Shown here one piece after another: positions 1-13,800 of a stretch of DNA of 64,000 bases (positions are counted from its first letter, which is position 1; every line of letters begins with the position of its first letter). The DNA is from the human T2T-CHM13v2.0 reference genome, Homo sapiens. The notes beneath the pieces are model-generated. The model saw nothing but the letters and a program-made list of their open reading frames with translations. It was not told the DNA's origin and did no database searches. The stretch lies in assembly GCF_009914755.1 (NCBI RefSeq), contig NC_060946.1; one strand, given 5' to 3'. A program made the translations under genes and the position numbers.

Positions 1-1936
1 CCAGAATCCTGTGTGATGGACAAACACAGAAACCAGCAGAAGTGTTCTGGAATCTAATGTGAGGGACAAACACTCAAAACCCAACAGCAGTGTTCTGGTA
101 TCCCATGTGAGGGACAAACATTCAGAGCTTCGTAGTTGTGTTCTGGAAACCTATGTGAGGGACAAACACTTAGAACCCAGCAGCAGTGTTCTGGAATCCT
201 ATGTGAGGGAGAGACATTCAGCCCCTCGTAGCAGTGTTCTGGAATCGTATGTGAGAGACAAACACTAAGAACCCTGCAGCACTGTTCTGGAATCCTTTGT
301 GAGGGACAAACATTCAGACCCTTGTTGCAGTGTTCTGGAATCCTAACTGAGGGACAAACACTCAGAACCCAGCAGCGGTGTTCTGTAATCCTATATGAGG
401 GAAAAACATTCAGAACTCAGCAGCAATGATCTGGAATCCTCTCTGAGGGACATTCAGACCCTCGTAACAGTGTTCTGGAACCTTATGTGAAGGACAAACA
501 TTCAGAAACACACAGCAGTGCTCTGGAATCCTTTGTGAAGGACAAACCCTCCGAGTCCAGCTGCAATGTTCCAGAATTTTTGTGAGGGATAAACATTCAG
601 AACCTCGTAGCAGTGTTCTGTAATCCTATGTGAGGGACAAACACTCAGAACCCAGCAGCAGTGTTCTGGAATCCTACGTTAGGTACAAAAACTGAGAACG
701 CAGCAGCAGTGTTCTGGAATCCTATGTCAGGGCAGATATTCAGACCCTCGTATCCGTGTTCTCGAATCCTATGTGAGGGACAAACTGTCAGAATCCAGCA
801 GCGGTATTCTGGAATTCTTTGTGAGGGACAAACACTCTGAATCCTGCAGCAGTGTTCTGGAATCCTACGCGAGGGGCAAATATTCATGACCTCGTAGCAG
901 TGTTCTGGAATCCTATGAGATGGTTAAACTCTCAGAACCCAGCAGCAGTGTTGTGGAAAGCTTTGTGAAGGACAAACATTCAGAATTTCTTAGCAGTGTT
1001 CTGTAGTCCTATGTGAGGGACAAACATTTAGACCCTCGTTGCTGTGTTCTGGAATCCTACGTGAGGGACAGACATTCAGACCCTCGCAGCAGTGTTCTGC
1101 AATCCTATGTGAGGGACAAGCACTCAGAACCCAGCAGTGTTCCAGAATCCTATGTGAGGGACACAGTTTTACAACCTCATAGCTGTGTTCTGGAATCCTA
1201 TGTGAGGGTCAAACACTCAGTACCTAGCAACAGTGTTCTGCAAACCTTTCTGAGGGACAGACATTCAGAACCACCTAGCAGTTTTCTGGAATCCTGTGTG
1301 AAGGACAAACACACAGAACCCACCAGCAGTGTTCTGGAATCCTAAGTGTGGGACAGACACTTAGAACCCAGAAGCCATGTTCTGGAATCCAAAGTGAGGG
1401 ACAAACACTCTGAACCCAGCAGCAGTGTTCCATAATTTTTTGTGAGGGACAGACATTCAGACCATTGTAGCAGTGTTCTGGAATTCTATGTGAGGGATAG
1501 ACACTCAGAAACCAGCAGCACTGATCTGGAATTCTTCGTGAGGGACAATCATTCACACCAGTTTAGCAGTGTTCCTGAATCGTACATAAAGGAGAAACAT
1601 TCAGACCCTCGTAGCAATGTTCTGGAGTCTTATGTGAGGGACAAACTTTCAAACCTTCGTAGCAGTGTCCCGGAATCCTATGTGAGGGACAAACACTCAG
1701 AACCCAGCAGCAGTGTTCTGGAATACTATGTGACGGACAAACAATCAGAACCCAGAAACAGTGTTCTGGAATGCTATGTAAGGGACAAACATTCAGACCC
1801 TCGAAGCAGTGTACTAGAATCATATTTGAGGGACAAACACTCAGAACCCAGCAGCAGTGTTCTGCAATCTATTGTGAGGCACAAATATTCAGACCCTCAT
1901 AGCAGTGTCCTAGAATCCTATCTGAGGGAAAAACAT

Positions 1937-2687
1937 TCAGACCCTCATAGCAGTGTTCTGGAATCCTATGTGAGGGTCAAACACACAGATCCCAGCAGCA
2001 GTGTTGTGGAAACCTTCGTGAGAGACAAACATTCAGACACTGTTTGCAGTGTTCAGGAATTCTAAGTGAAGGACAAACGTTCAGATCCTCGTAGCAGTAT
2101 TCTGGGATCTTATGTGAGGGACAAACCCTCAGAACACAGCAGCAGTGGGCTGGAATCCTATATGAGGAACCAACACAAAGAACGCAGCAGCAGTGTTCTG
2201 GAATCCTATGTGAGGGACAGACACTCAGAAACTTTCAGAGGTGTTCTGGAATCCTAAGTGAGGGACAGACATTCAGACTCTCAAAGCAGTGCTCTGGAAT
2301 CCTATGGGAGAGACAAACACTCAGACCCTCATAGCAGTGTTCTGGAATCCTATGGGAGAGACAAACACTCAGACCCTCATAGCAGTGTTCTGGAATCCTA
2401 TGTGAGGGTCAAACACTCAGATCCCAGCAGCAGTGTTGTGGAAACCTTCGTGAGGGACAAACATTCAGACACTGTTTGCAGTGTTCAGGAATCCTAAGTG
2501 AAGGACAAACATTCAGATCCTCGTAGCAGTATTCTGGGATCTTATGTGAGGGACAAACCCTCAGAACACAGCAGCAGTGGGCTGGAATCTTATATGAGGA
2601 ACAAACACAAAGAAAGCAGCAGCAGTGTTCTGGAATCCTATGTGAGGGGCAGACACTCAGAAATTTTCAGAGGTGTTCTGGAATCCT
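1937..2687 (+). repeat. Local duplication, 432-bp (9-monomer) offset: 1937-2255 vs 2369-2687
   Basis: Shared rare variants ACACTGTTTGCAGTGTTCAGG, TATTCTGGGATCTTATG, CAGTGGGCTGG and TTTCAGAGGTG. The paralogous ORFs start at 2066 and 2498. Confidence 0.9.
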
Positions 2688-5600
2688 TTGTGAGGGACAA
2701 ATATTTAGAACCTCATAGCAGTGCTCTGGCATCCTATGTGAGGGAAAAACACTCTTAAGCCAGCAGCAGTGTTCTGGAATCCCTTGTGAGGGAAAAACAC
2801 TCAGAACTCAGCAGCCGTGTTCTGGAATACTAAGTGAGTGACAAACACTCAGAAGACAGCAACAGTGTTCTAGAATCCATTTTGAGGGAAAAACTTTCAG
2901 ACATTCAAAAAAATGTTCTGGAATCCTATGTGAGGGACAAAAACTCAGAACCCAGCAGCAGTGTTCTGGAATCCTTAGTGTTAGACAAACATTCAGACCC
3001 TCATAGCAGTGTTGTGGAATCCTAAGTAAGGGAAAAACACTCAGAACAAACTGGCAGTGTTCTGGAATCCTATGTCAGGGACAAATTCTCAGAACCCAGC
3101 AGCAGTGGTCTGGAATCACCTGTGAGGTACCCCACTCAGAACACAGACACTGTGTTATGAAATCCTATGTGAGGGAAAAACTTTAAGACACTCGAGGAAG
3201 TGCTTTAGAATCATACGTGAGGGAAAAACACCCAGAAAGCAGCAGCGGTGCTCTGGAATCCTTTGTGAGGGACAAACACACAGAACTTAGCAGGGGTTTT
3301 CTCGAATCCTTTGTGAGGGAAAACATTCAGAGGCTCCCAGCAGTGTTCTGGAATTCTATGTGAGGGAAAAACTCTCAGAACCGACCAACAGTGTTCTGAA
3401 ATCCAGTGTGAGGGACAAACACTCAGAACCCATCAACAGTGTTCTAGAATGCATTGTGAGGGACAAACCTTCAGACCCTCGAAGCAGTGTTCTGTAATCC
3501 TGTGTGAGGGACAAGCACTCAGAACTCAACAGGAGTGTTCTGGAATCCTTTGTGAGGGAAAAACATTCAGAACTTTGTAGCAGTGCTCTGTAATCCTTTC
3601 GGAGGGGCAAACAAACATACCCCAGCAGCAGTGTTCTGGAATCCTATGTGAGGGACAAACACTCAGAATCCAGCAGCAGTGTTGTTGAATCGTTTGTGAA
3701 AGAGAAAGATTCAGAACCTCATAGCAGTGTTCTGGAAACCTGTGTGAGGGACAAACAGTCTGAACCCAGCAGCAGTGCTCTGGAATCCCATGTAAGGGTC
3801 AAACACTCAGAACCCAGCAGCCATATTCTGGAATCCTACATGAGTGACAAACACTCAGAACCCAGTAGAAGTGTTCTAGAATCCTTTGTGAGGGACAAAC
3901 ATTCAGACCCGTGAAGCAGTGTTCTGGAATCCTATCTGAGGGACAAACACTCAGAACCCAGCCGCAGTGTTCTGGAAACCTTTGTGATGGACAAACATTT
4001 AGACCATAGTAGGAGTGTTCTGCAATCCTATGTAAGGGACAAACACTCAGACCTCAGTATCAGTGTTCAGGAATACTACATGAGGGACAAACACTCAGAA
4101 CCCAGCAGCAGTGTTCTGGAATCCTCAATGAGGGACAAACACTCAAAACTCAACAGCAGTGTTCTGGAATTCTATGTGAGGGACAAACACTCAGAACCCA
4201 GCCGCAGTGTTCTGGAATCCTATGTGAGGAATAAACACTCAGAACCCAGCAGCAGTGTTCTAGAATCCTATGTGAGGGACAGACACTCAAAACCTAGGCA
4301 CTGTCTTCTGGAATCCTATTTGAAGGACAAATATTCAGACACTCATAGAAGTGTTCTGGAATCATATGTGAGGGACAAACACTCAGAACCCAGCAGAATT
4401 GTTCTGGTATCCTATGAGAGCAATAAACGTTCAGAATTTCTTAGCAGTGTTATGGAATCCTACGTGGGGGACAAATAATCAGAACCCAGCCTCTGTGTTC
4501 TGGAGTCCTATCTGAGGGAGAAACATTCAGACACACAAAGAAGTGTTCTGGAATCCAATCTGAGGGACAAACACTCCGAAAGCAGCAATATTTTTCTGGA
4601 TTCCGTTGTGAAGGAAAAACAAACAGTATCCAGCAGGAGTGCTTCGGAATCCTATGTGAGTGGCAAACACTCAGAAACCAGCAGGAGTTGTCTAGAATCC
4701 TTTGTGAGGAACAAACATTCAGACACTCGAAGCAGTGTTCTGGAATCCTATGTGAGGGACAAACACTCAGAACCCAGCAGCAGTGTTCTGTAATTTTTGC
4801 TGATGGACAAACATTCAGACCTTCGTAACAGTGCTCTGCAACCCTATTTGAGGGACAAGCACTCATAACACAGTAGCAGTATCCTGGAATCCTTTGTGTG
4901 GGACAAACACTCAGAACCCAGCAGCAGTGTTCTGGAATCCTATGTGAGGGACAAACACTCAGTACCCACCAGCAGTGTTCTGGAATTCTATGTAAGGGAC
5001 AAACACTCCGAATCCAGCAGCAGTGTTGTGGAATCCTATGTGAGGCACAAACTCTCAGAACCCAGCAGCAGAGTTCTGGAATCCTTTGAGAGGGACAAAC
5101 ACTCAGAAACCAGCCACTGTGTTCTGTATTCCTATCTAAGGGACAAACATTCATACACTCGTAGAATTGTTCTGGAATCCTATGTGATGGACAAACATTC
5201 AGGCCCTCGTAGCAGTGCTCTGGAATCTTATGTGAGGGACAAACACTCAGAAGCAGTAGCAGTATTCTGGAATCCTCAGTGAGGGACAAACACGCAGAAC
5301 CCTGCAACAGTGCTCTGGAATCCCATGTGAGGTACAAACACTCAGAACACAGGAGCTATGTTCTGGAATCCTGTGTGAGTGACAAACACTCAGAACCCAG
5401 CAGCAGTGTTCTAGACACCTTTGTGAGGGATGAAAATTCAGACCCCTGAAGCAGTATTCTGGAATCCTATGTGAGGGACAAACACTCAGAACCCAGCAGC
5501 TGTGTTCTGCAATCCTATGTGAGGGACAAACACTCAGAACCCAGCAGGACTGTTCTGAAATCCTCAATGAGGGACAAACACTCAGAACCCAACAGCATTG

Positions 5601-6599
5601 TTCTGGAAATCTATGTGACGGACAAACACTCAGAACCCAGCTGCAGTGTTCTGGAATCCTATGTGAGGGACAAACACTCATAACTCAGTAGCAGTCTTCT
5701 GGAATCCCATATAAGGGACAAATACTCAGAACCCAGCCACTGTGTTCTGGAATCCTATCTTAGGGATAAATATTCAGACACTCATAGAAGGCTTCTGGAA
5801 TCCTTTGTGAGGCCCAAACACTCAGAAACTAGCAGCGGTGCTCTGGAATCCTTTCTGAGGGACAAACAAACAGAACCCAGCAGAAGTGTTCTTTAATTCT
5901 TTGTGAGGGTAAAACTTTCAGACCCACGTAGGTGTGTTTTGGAATCCTATGTGAGGGACAATCACTCAGAGCCCAGCTGCAGTGTTCTGGAATTCTACGT
6001 GAGGGACAAACATTCAGAACCCAGCAGCAGTGTTCTGGAATCCTATGTGAGCGACAAACATTCAGAACTTCGTAACAGAGTTCTGGAATACTATGTGGGG
6101 GACAAACACTCAGAATCCTTACACTGTGTTCTGGAATACTAAGTGAGGGGCAATCATTTAGAACATCCTAGCAGTGTTCTGGAATCGTTAGTGTGTGACA
6201 AACACTCAGAACCCAGCAGCAGTGTTCTGGAAACTTATGTGAGTGACAAACACTCAGAACCCAGCAGCAGTGTTCTAGAAACCTTTGTGAGGGAAAAACA
6301 TTCAGATGCTCAAAGCAGTGTTTTGGAATCCTACGTGAGAGACAAACACTCGGAACCCAGCACCAGTGTTCTAGAATCCTTTGTGACGGACAACCATTCA
6401 GACCCTCGTAGCACTGTTTTGGAATCCTAAGTGAGGGACAATCACTCAGAACCCACCAGCAGTGTTCTGGTATCCTATGTGAAGGAAAAACATTCAGATC
6501 CCAACAGAAGTGTTCTGGAATCCTATGTGAGGGACAAACACTCGGAACCCAGAAGAAGTGTTCTGGAATCCTATGTGAAGAACAAACGCTCAAAACCCA

Positions 6600-9500
6600 G
6601 CCACTGGGTTCTGGAATCCTTTCTGAGGGACAAACATTCAGATGATCGTAGAAGTGTTCTAGAATACTATGTGAAGGACAAACACTCAGAAACTAGCAGC
6701 GGAGCTCTGGAATCCTTTGTGAGGGACAAACAAACAGAACACAGCTAGAGTGTTCTGGAATCTTTTGTGAGGGAAAAACATTCAGACTCTCGTAGCAGTG
6801 TTCTGGAATCCTATGTTTGGGACAAACACTCAGAACACAGCAGCAATGTTCTGGAATCCCACCTGAGGGACAAACACTCAGACCCAGAAGCAGTGTTCTA
6901 GAATCCTTTGTCAGGGACAAACCTTCAGACACTCGAAGCAGGGTTCTGGAAACCTATGTGAGGGACAAAGACTCAGAATCCAGCAGCAGTTCTCTGTAAT
7001 CCTTCGTGAGGGACAAACAAACTGTACCCAGCAGCAGTGTTCTGCAATCCTATGTGAGGGACTAACACTCAGAAACCAGCAGCAGTGTTCTGGAATGCTT
7101 TGTGAGGGACAAACATTCAGAACCTCGTAGCAGTGTTCTGGAGTCTTATGTGAGGGACAAACACTCTTAACCCAGCAGCAGTGTTCTGCAATCCCCTGTG
7201 ACAGACAAACTCTCAAAACCCCTCATCGGTGTTCTGGAATCCTATGTGAGTGACAAACACTCAGAACCCAGCAGCAGTGTTCCAGAATCCCTTTTGAGAG
7301 ACAAACATTCAGACTTCGGAAGCAGTGTTCTTGAATCCTATGTGAGGGACAAATACTCAGGTCCCAGCAGCACTGTTCTGGATTCCTATCTGAGGGAGAA
7401 ACACTCAGAAAAGTGTCACTGTGTTCTGGAATCTTATCTGACGGATAAACATTCAGACACTCTTAGAAGTGTTCTGTAATGCTATGTGAGGGACAAACAC
7501 TCAGAAACCAGCAGCAGTGCTCTGGAATTCTTTGTGAGGGACAAGCAAAGGGAACCAAGCTGCTGTGTTCTGGAAACTTTTGTGAGAGAAAAACATTCAG
7601 ACTCTCGTAGCAGTGTTCTGGAATCCCATGTTTGGGACAAACACTCAGAACACAGCAGCAATGTTCTGGAATCCCACCTGAGGGACAAACACTCAGAATC
7701 CAGCAGCAGTGTTCTAGAATCCTTTGTGAGGGAGAAACCTTCAGACACTGGAAGCAGTGTTCTGGAAACATATGTGAGGGAGAAACACTCAGAACCCAGC
7801 AGCAGTTCTCTGTAATGTTTCTTGAGGGACAAACAAACAGAACGCAGAAGCAGTGTTCTGGAATCCTACGTGACGGACTAACACTTAAAAACCAGCAGCA
7901 GTGTTCTGGAAAGCTTTGTGAGGGACAAACATTCAGAATCTCCTAGCAGTGTTCTGGAATCCTATGTGAGGGACAAACACTCTTAACCCAGCAGCAGTGT
8001 TCTGGAATCCCATGTGAGGGACAAACACTCAGAACCCAGAAGCAGTGTTCTGGAATCCTACGTGACGAACTAACACTTAGAAACCAGCAGCAGTGTTCTG
8101 GAAAGCTTTGTGAGGGACAAACATTCAGAATCTCATAGCAGTGTTCTGGAATCCTATGTGAGGGACAAACACTCTTAACCCAGCAGCAGTGTTCTGGAAT
8201 CCCATGTGAGGAACAAGCTCTCAAAACCCCACAGCGGTGTCCTGGAATCCTATGTGAGTGACAAACACTCAGAACCCAGCAGCGGCGTTCTGGAATCCTT
8301 TGTGAGGGACAAACATTCATATCTTTGAAGCAGTGTTCTGGAATCCAATATAAGGGCAAACACTCAGATCCCAGCAGCAGTGTTCTAGAATCCTTTGTGA
8401 GGGAGAAATTTTCAGACACTCGAAGCAGTGTTCTGGAAACCTATGTGAGGGAGATACACTCAGAACCCAGCAGCAGTTCTCTGTAATCCTTCTTGAGGGA
8501 CAAACAAACAGAACCCAACAGCAGTGTTCTGGAATCCTACGTGAGTGACTAAGACTTAGAAACCAGCAGCAGTGTTCTGGAATCCTTTGTGAGGGACAAA
8601 CATTCACAACCTCGTAACAGTGTTCTGGAATCCTATGTGAGAGACAAACACTCTTAACCCAGCTGCAGTGTTCTGGAATCCTATGTGAAGAACAAACTCT
8701 CAAAACCTGGCAGCGGTGTTCTGGAATCCTATGTGAGTGACAAACACTCAGAAACCAGCAGCAGTGTTCTAGAATCCTTTGTGAGGGACAAAAATTCAGA
8801 CCTTTGAAGCAGTGTTCTGGAACCCTATGTGAGGGACAAACACTCAGATCCCAGCAGCAGTGTTCTGGATTCCTATGTGAGGGAGAAACAGTCAGAACCC
8901 AGCCACTGTGTTCTGGAATCCTATCTGAGGGACACACATTCAGGCACTCTTAGAAGTGTTCTGGAATTCTATGTGAGGGACAAACACTCAAAAACCAGCA
9001 GCGGTGCTCTGGAATCCTTTGTGAGGGACAAACAAACAGAACCAAGCAGCAGTGTTCTGGAATCTTTTGTGAGGGAAAAACATTCAGATTCTCGTGGCAG
9101 TGTTCTGGAAACCCATGTGAGGGACAAACACTAAGAACCTAGCAGCGATGTTCTGGAATCCCACTTGAGGGACAAACAATTAGAACCCAGCAGCAGTGCT
9201 CTAGAATCCTTTGTTAGGGACAAAACTTCAGACACTTGAAGCAGTGTTCTGGAAACCTAAGTGAGGGATAAACACTGAGAGCCCAGCAGTAGTTCTCTGT
9301 AATCCTTCTTGAGAGACAAACAAACAGAACTCAGCAGCAGTGTTCTGGAGTCCTCTGAGAGGACAAACACTCAGAAAACAGTAACAGTGTTCTGGAATGC
9401 TTTGTAAGGGACAAACATTCAGAACCTCGTAGTAGTGTTCTGAAATCCTGTGTGAGGTACAAACACTCTTAGCCCAGCAGCAGTGTTATAGAATCCCATG

Positions 9501-9900
9501 TGATGGACAAACTTTTGGAACTCAGCAGCCATGTTCTGGAATCCTATGTGAGTGACCAACACTCACAACCCAGCAGCAGTTTTCTAGAATCCTTCCTGAG
9601 GGACAAACATTCAGACCCTTGAATCAGTGTTCTGGAATCCTACGTGAGGGTCAAACACTCAAAACCCAGCAGCAGTGTTCTGGATTCCTATGTGAGGGAG
9701 AAACAATCAGAACCCAACCACTGTGTTCTGGAATACTACCTGAGGGACACACATTCAGACACTCTTAGAAGTGTTCTGGAATCCTATGTGAGAAACATTG
9801 AGAAACCAGCAGAAGTGCTCTGGAATCTTTTCTGAGGGACAAACCAACAGAACCCAGCAGCAGTGTCCTGGAATCCTTTGTGAGGGAAAAACATTCTGAC
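6600..9900 (+). repeat. Local higher-order repeat, ~816 bp (17 monomers), about four copies, one rearranged
   Basis: Marker TCTCTGTAAT at 6991, 7807, 8478 and 9294 (spacings 816, 671, 816). The co-recurring markers are ACACTCTTAACCC, ACTAACAC and GGAAACCTATG. Boundaries are approximate. Confidence 0.8.
7861..8210 (+). repeat. 192-bp (4-monomer) tandem duplication nested in the 17-mer HOR
   Basis: GAATCCTACGTGACG..ACTAACACTTA..GGAAAGCTTTGTG..AGAATCTC..ACTCTTAACCC begins at both 7861 and 8053. Confidence 0.85.
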
Positions 9901-10799
9901 CCTCGTAGGAGTGTTCTGGTATCCTATGTGAGGAACAAGCACTCAGAACCTAAGAGCATTGTTCTGGAATCCCATGTGAGGGACAAACACTCAGAACCCA
10001 GCAACAGTGTACAAGAATCCTTTGTGAGGGACAAACTTTCAGACACTCGAAGCACTGTTCTGGAATCCTATGTAAGGGACAAACACTAAGAACTCAGTCG
10101 CAGTGTTCTGGCATCCTACGTGTGGGACTAACACTCAGAACCCAGCAGCAGTTTTCTGGAATCCTCAGTGAGGGACAAACACTCAGAACATAACAGCAAT
10201 GTTCTAGAATTCTATTTGAGGGACAAACACTCAAAACCCAGCAACAGTGTTCTGGAAACCTAAGTGAGGGACAAACACACAGAACCCACCAGCATTGTTC
10301 TGGAATCCTATGTGAGGGACAAACAGTCAGAACCCCGCCACTGTGTTCTGCAATCCTATCTGCGGGATAAATATTCAAACACGTGTAGAAGTGTTCTGGA
10401 ATCCTACGTGAGTGACAAACACTCAGAAACCAGCAGTGTTGTTCTGGTATACTTTGTGAGGGACAAAAAAACAGAACCAAGCAGCAGTGCTCTGTAATTC
10501 TTTTTGAGGGAAAACATTCAAACCCTCATAGCAGTGTTCCCGAATCCTGTGTGAGGGACAAACACTCAGGACACAGCAGCAGTGTTCTGGAATCCTATGT
10601 GAGTGACACACATTCACAACTTCGAAGCATTGTACTGGAATCCTATGTGAGGGACAAACACTCAGATCCCAACCACTGTGTTTTGGAAAACTACCTGAGG
10701 GGCAAATATTCAGACCCTCGTAGAAGTGTTCTGGAATCCTATGTGAGGGACAAACACTAAGAAACCAGCAGCAGTGCTCTGGAATCCTTTGAGAGGGAC

Positions 10800-10825
10800 A
10801 AAAAATAAATAAATAAACAAAACAG
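10800..10825 (+). repeat. A-rich (TAAA)n microsatellite expansion inside one monomer
   Basis: GGACAAAAAATAAATAAATAAACAAAACAGAAG replaces the usual GGACAAACAAACAGAAC. Confidence 0.85.
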
Positions 10826-13800
10826 AAGGAAGCAGCAGTTCTCTGGAATCTTTGTGAGGGAAAAATATTCAGACCCTCGTAGTAGTGTTATGGAATCCTA
10901 TGTGAGGGACACACATTCTGAACCCAGCAGCAGTGTTTTGGAATCCCTTGCGGGGGACAAACACTCAGAAACCACAAGCAGTTTTCTGGAATCCTATGTG
11001 AGGGACAAACTCTAAAAATCCAGCAGCAGTGTTGGGGAATTGTTTGTGTGGGACAAACATTCAGAACCTCGTAGCAGTGTTCTGGAAACCTATGTGAGGG
11101 ACAAACACTCTTAACATAGCAGCGGTGTTCACGAATCTCATGTGAGGGACAAACACTGAGAACCCAGCAGCCGTGTTTGGGAATCCTAAGTGAGAGACAA
11201 CCACTCAGAAACCAGCAGCAGTGTTCTAGAATCTTTTTTGAGGGAAAAACATTCAGACCCTCGTAGCAGAGTTCTGGAATCCTAAGTGAGGGAGAAACAC
11301 TCAGAACCCAGCAGAAGCCTTCTGGAATCCTTTGTGAGGGACAAACATTCAGAACCTCGCAGTAGTGTTCTGGAATCCTATGTGAGGCACAGACACTCTT
11401 AAACCACAGCAGTGTTTTGGAATACCATCTGAGGGACAAGCACTAGGAACCTAGCAGCCGTATTCTGGCATCCTATGTGAGTGACAACCACTCAGAACCC
11501 AGCAGAAGTGTTCTAGAATCCTTTGTGTGGGACAAACATTCAGACACGAAGTAATTTTCTGGAATTATATGTGAAGGGCAAACACTCAGAACCCAGCAGT
11601 AGTGTCCTGGAATTCTTTGTGATGGACAAACATTCACGCCCTCATAGCAGTGTTCTGGAATCCTATGTGAGGGACAAACACTCAGAACCCAGTAGCAGTG
11701 TTCTGGAATCCTTAGTGAGGGACAAACGCTCAGAACCCATCAGCAGTGTTCTGGAATCCTACGTGAGGGACAAACACTCAGTACCCACCAGCAGTGTTCT
11801 GGAATTCTATGTGAGGGACAAACACTCAGAACCCAGCAGAAGCCTTCTAGAATCCTAGGTGAGGGACAAACACTCAGAACCCAGCAGCAGTGTTGTGGAA
11901 TCATATGTGAGTGACAAACATTCAGAACTTTGTAGCAGTGTTCTGGAATCCTATGTGTGGGACAAACACTCAGAACCCAGCCACTGTATTCTGGAATCCT
12001 ATCTGAGGGACAAACATTTAGACATTCGTAGAGGTTTTCTGGAATCCTATGTGAGGGACACACAATCAGAAACCAACAGAGGTGTTCTGGAATCCTTTGT
12101 GACGGACAAACAGAATACAGCAGCAGTGTTTTGGAATCCTACGTGAAGGACAAACATTTATAACCTCCTGGAAGTGTTCTGGAATTGTATGTGAGGGACA
12201 AACACTCAGAACGTCGCAGCAGTGTTCTGGAATCACATGTGAGTGATAAACACCCAGAACCCAGCAGCAGGTTTCTAGAATCCTTTGGGAGTGACAAACA
12301 CTCAGACCCTCAAAGCACTGTTCTGGAATCGTACTTGAGAGACAATCACTCGGAAACAAGCAGCAGTGTTCTGGAATCATTTCTGACAGACAAACATTCA
12401 GACCCTCGTAGCACTGTTCTGGCATCTTATGTTAGGGACAAACACTCAGAACTCAGCAGACGTGTTCTGCTATCCTATATGAAGGAAAAGCACTCAGAAC
12501 ACAGCAGCAGTGTTCTGGAATCCTATGTGAGGGACAAACACCCAGAACGCAGCAGCAGTGTTCTGGAATCCTATGTGAGGGACAAATACTCAGAACCCAG
12601 CCACTGTGTTCTGGAATCCTATGTGAGGCAAAAATATTCAGACACTCATAGAAGTGTTCTGGAATCCTCTGGGAAGGACAAACACTCAGAAACCAGCACA
12701 GATGCTCTAGAATCCTTTGAGAGGGACACGTAAACAGAACATAGCAGCAGTGTTCTGGAAACCTTTCTGAGGGAAAAACATTCAGACTCTCACAGGAGAG
12801 TTCTGCAATCCTATCTGAGGGACAAACACTCAGAACCCATCAGCAATGTTCTGGAATAACATGTGAGAGAAAAACACTCAGAACCCAGCAGTAGTGTTCT
12901 AGACTCCTTTGTGAGGGACAAACCCGCAGACACTCGAAGCAGTGTTCTGGAATCCTATGTGAGGGACAAACACTCAGAACCCAGAAGCAGTGCTCTGTAA
13001 TCCTTTGTGAGGGAAAAACAGACAGAACCCAGCAGCAGTGGTCTGCAATCCTATGTGAGGGCAAACACTCAGAACCCAGCAACAGTGTTCTGGAATCCTT
13101 TGTGAGTGACAAACTTTCTCAACCTCGTAGCAGTGTTCCGGAACGCTATGTGAGAGACAAACACTCTTAACCGACCAGCAGTGTTCTGTAATTCCTATGT
13201 GAAGGACAAACACTCAGAACCCAGCAGCCGTGTTCTGGAATCGTATGTGAGTGTCAAACACTGAGAACCCAGCAGCAGTGTTCTGGAATCCTTTGTGAGG
13301 GACAAATATTCAGACACTAGAAGCAGTGTTGTGGAATCCTATGTGAACGACAAACACTCAGAATCCTACAGAAGTGTCCTGGAATCCTTTGTGTTGGACA
13401 AACATTCAGAAACTCGTAGCAGAGTTCTGGAATCCTATGTGAGGGACAAACACTGAGAACCCAGTAGCAGTGTTCTGGAATCCTTAGTGAGGAACAAACA
13501 CTCAGAATCCAGCAGCACTGTTCTGGAATGCTCGTTGAGGGACAAACACTCAGAACCCAACAGCAATGCTCTTGAATTCTATGTGAGGGACAAACACTCA
13601 GAACCCATCAGCAGTGTTCTGGAATCCTACATGATGGACAAACACTCTGAACCCAGCAGCAGTGTTCTGGCATCCTATGTGAGGGACAAACACTCAGAAC
13701 CCAGCCACCGTGTTCTGGAATCCTATCTGTCTGATAAATATTCAGACACTCATAGAAATGTTCTGGAATCCTAAGTGATGGAGAAACACTCAGCAATCAG

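Noticed and set aside
4450-5337. Cys/His-rich antisense ORFs resembling zinc-finger, metallothionein or keratin-associated proteins
   Set aside because: No C2H2 spacing or TGEKP linker. They are simply the reverse-strand translation of the satellite monomer.
10791-10840. Poly(A) tail of a truncated retrotransposon
   Set aside because: No element body or target-site duplication. The tract derives in register from the monomer's ACAAACAAAC segment.
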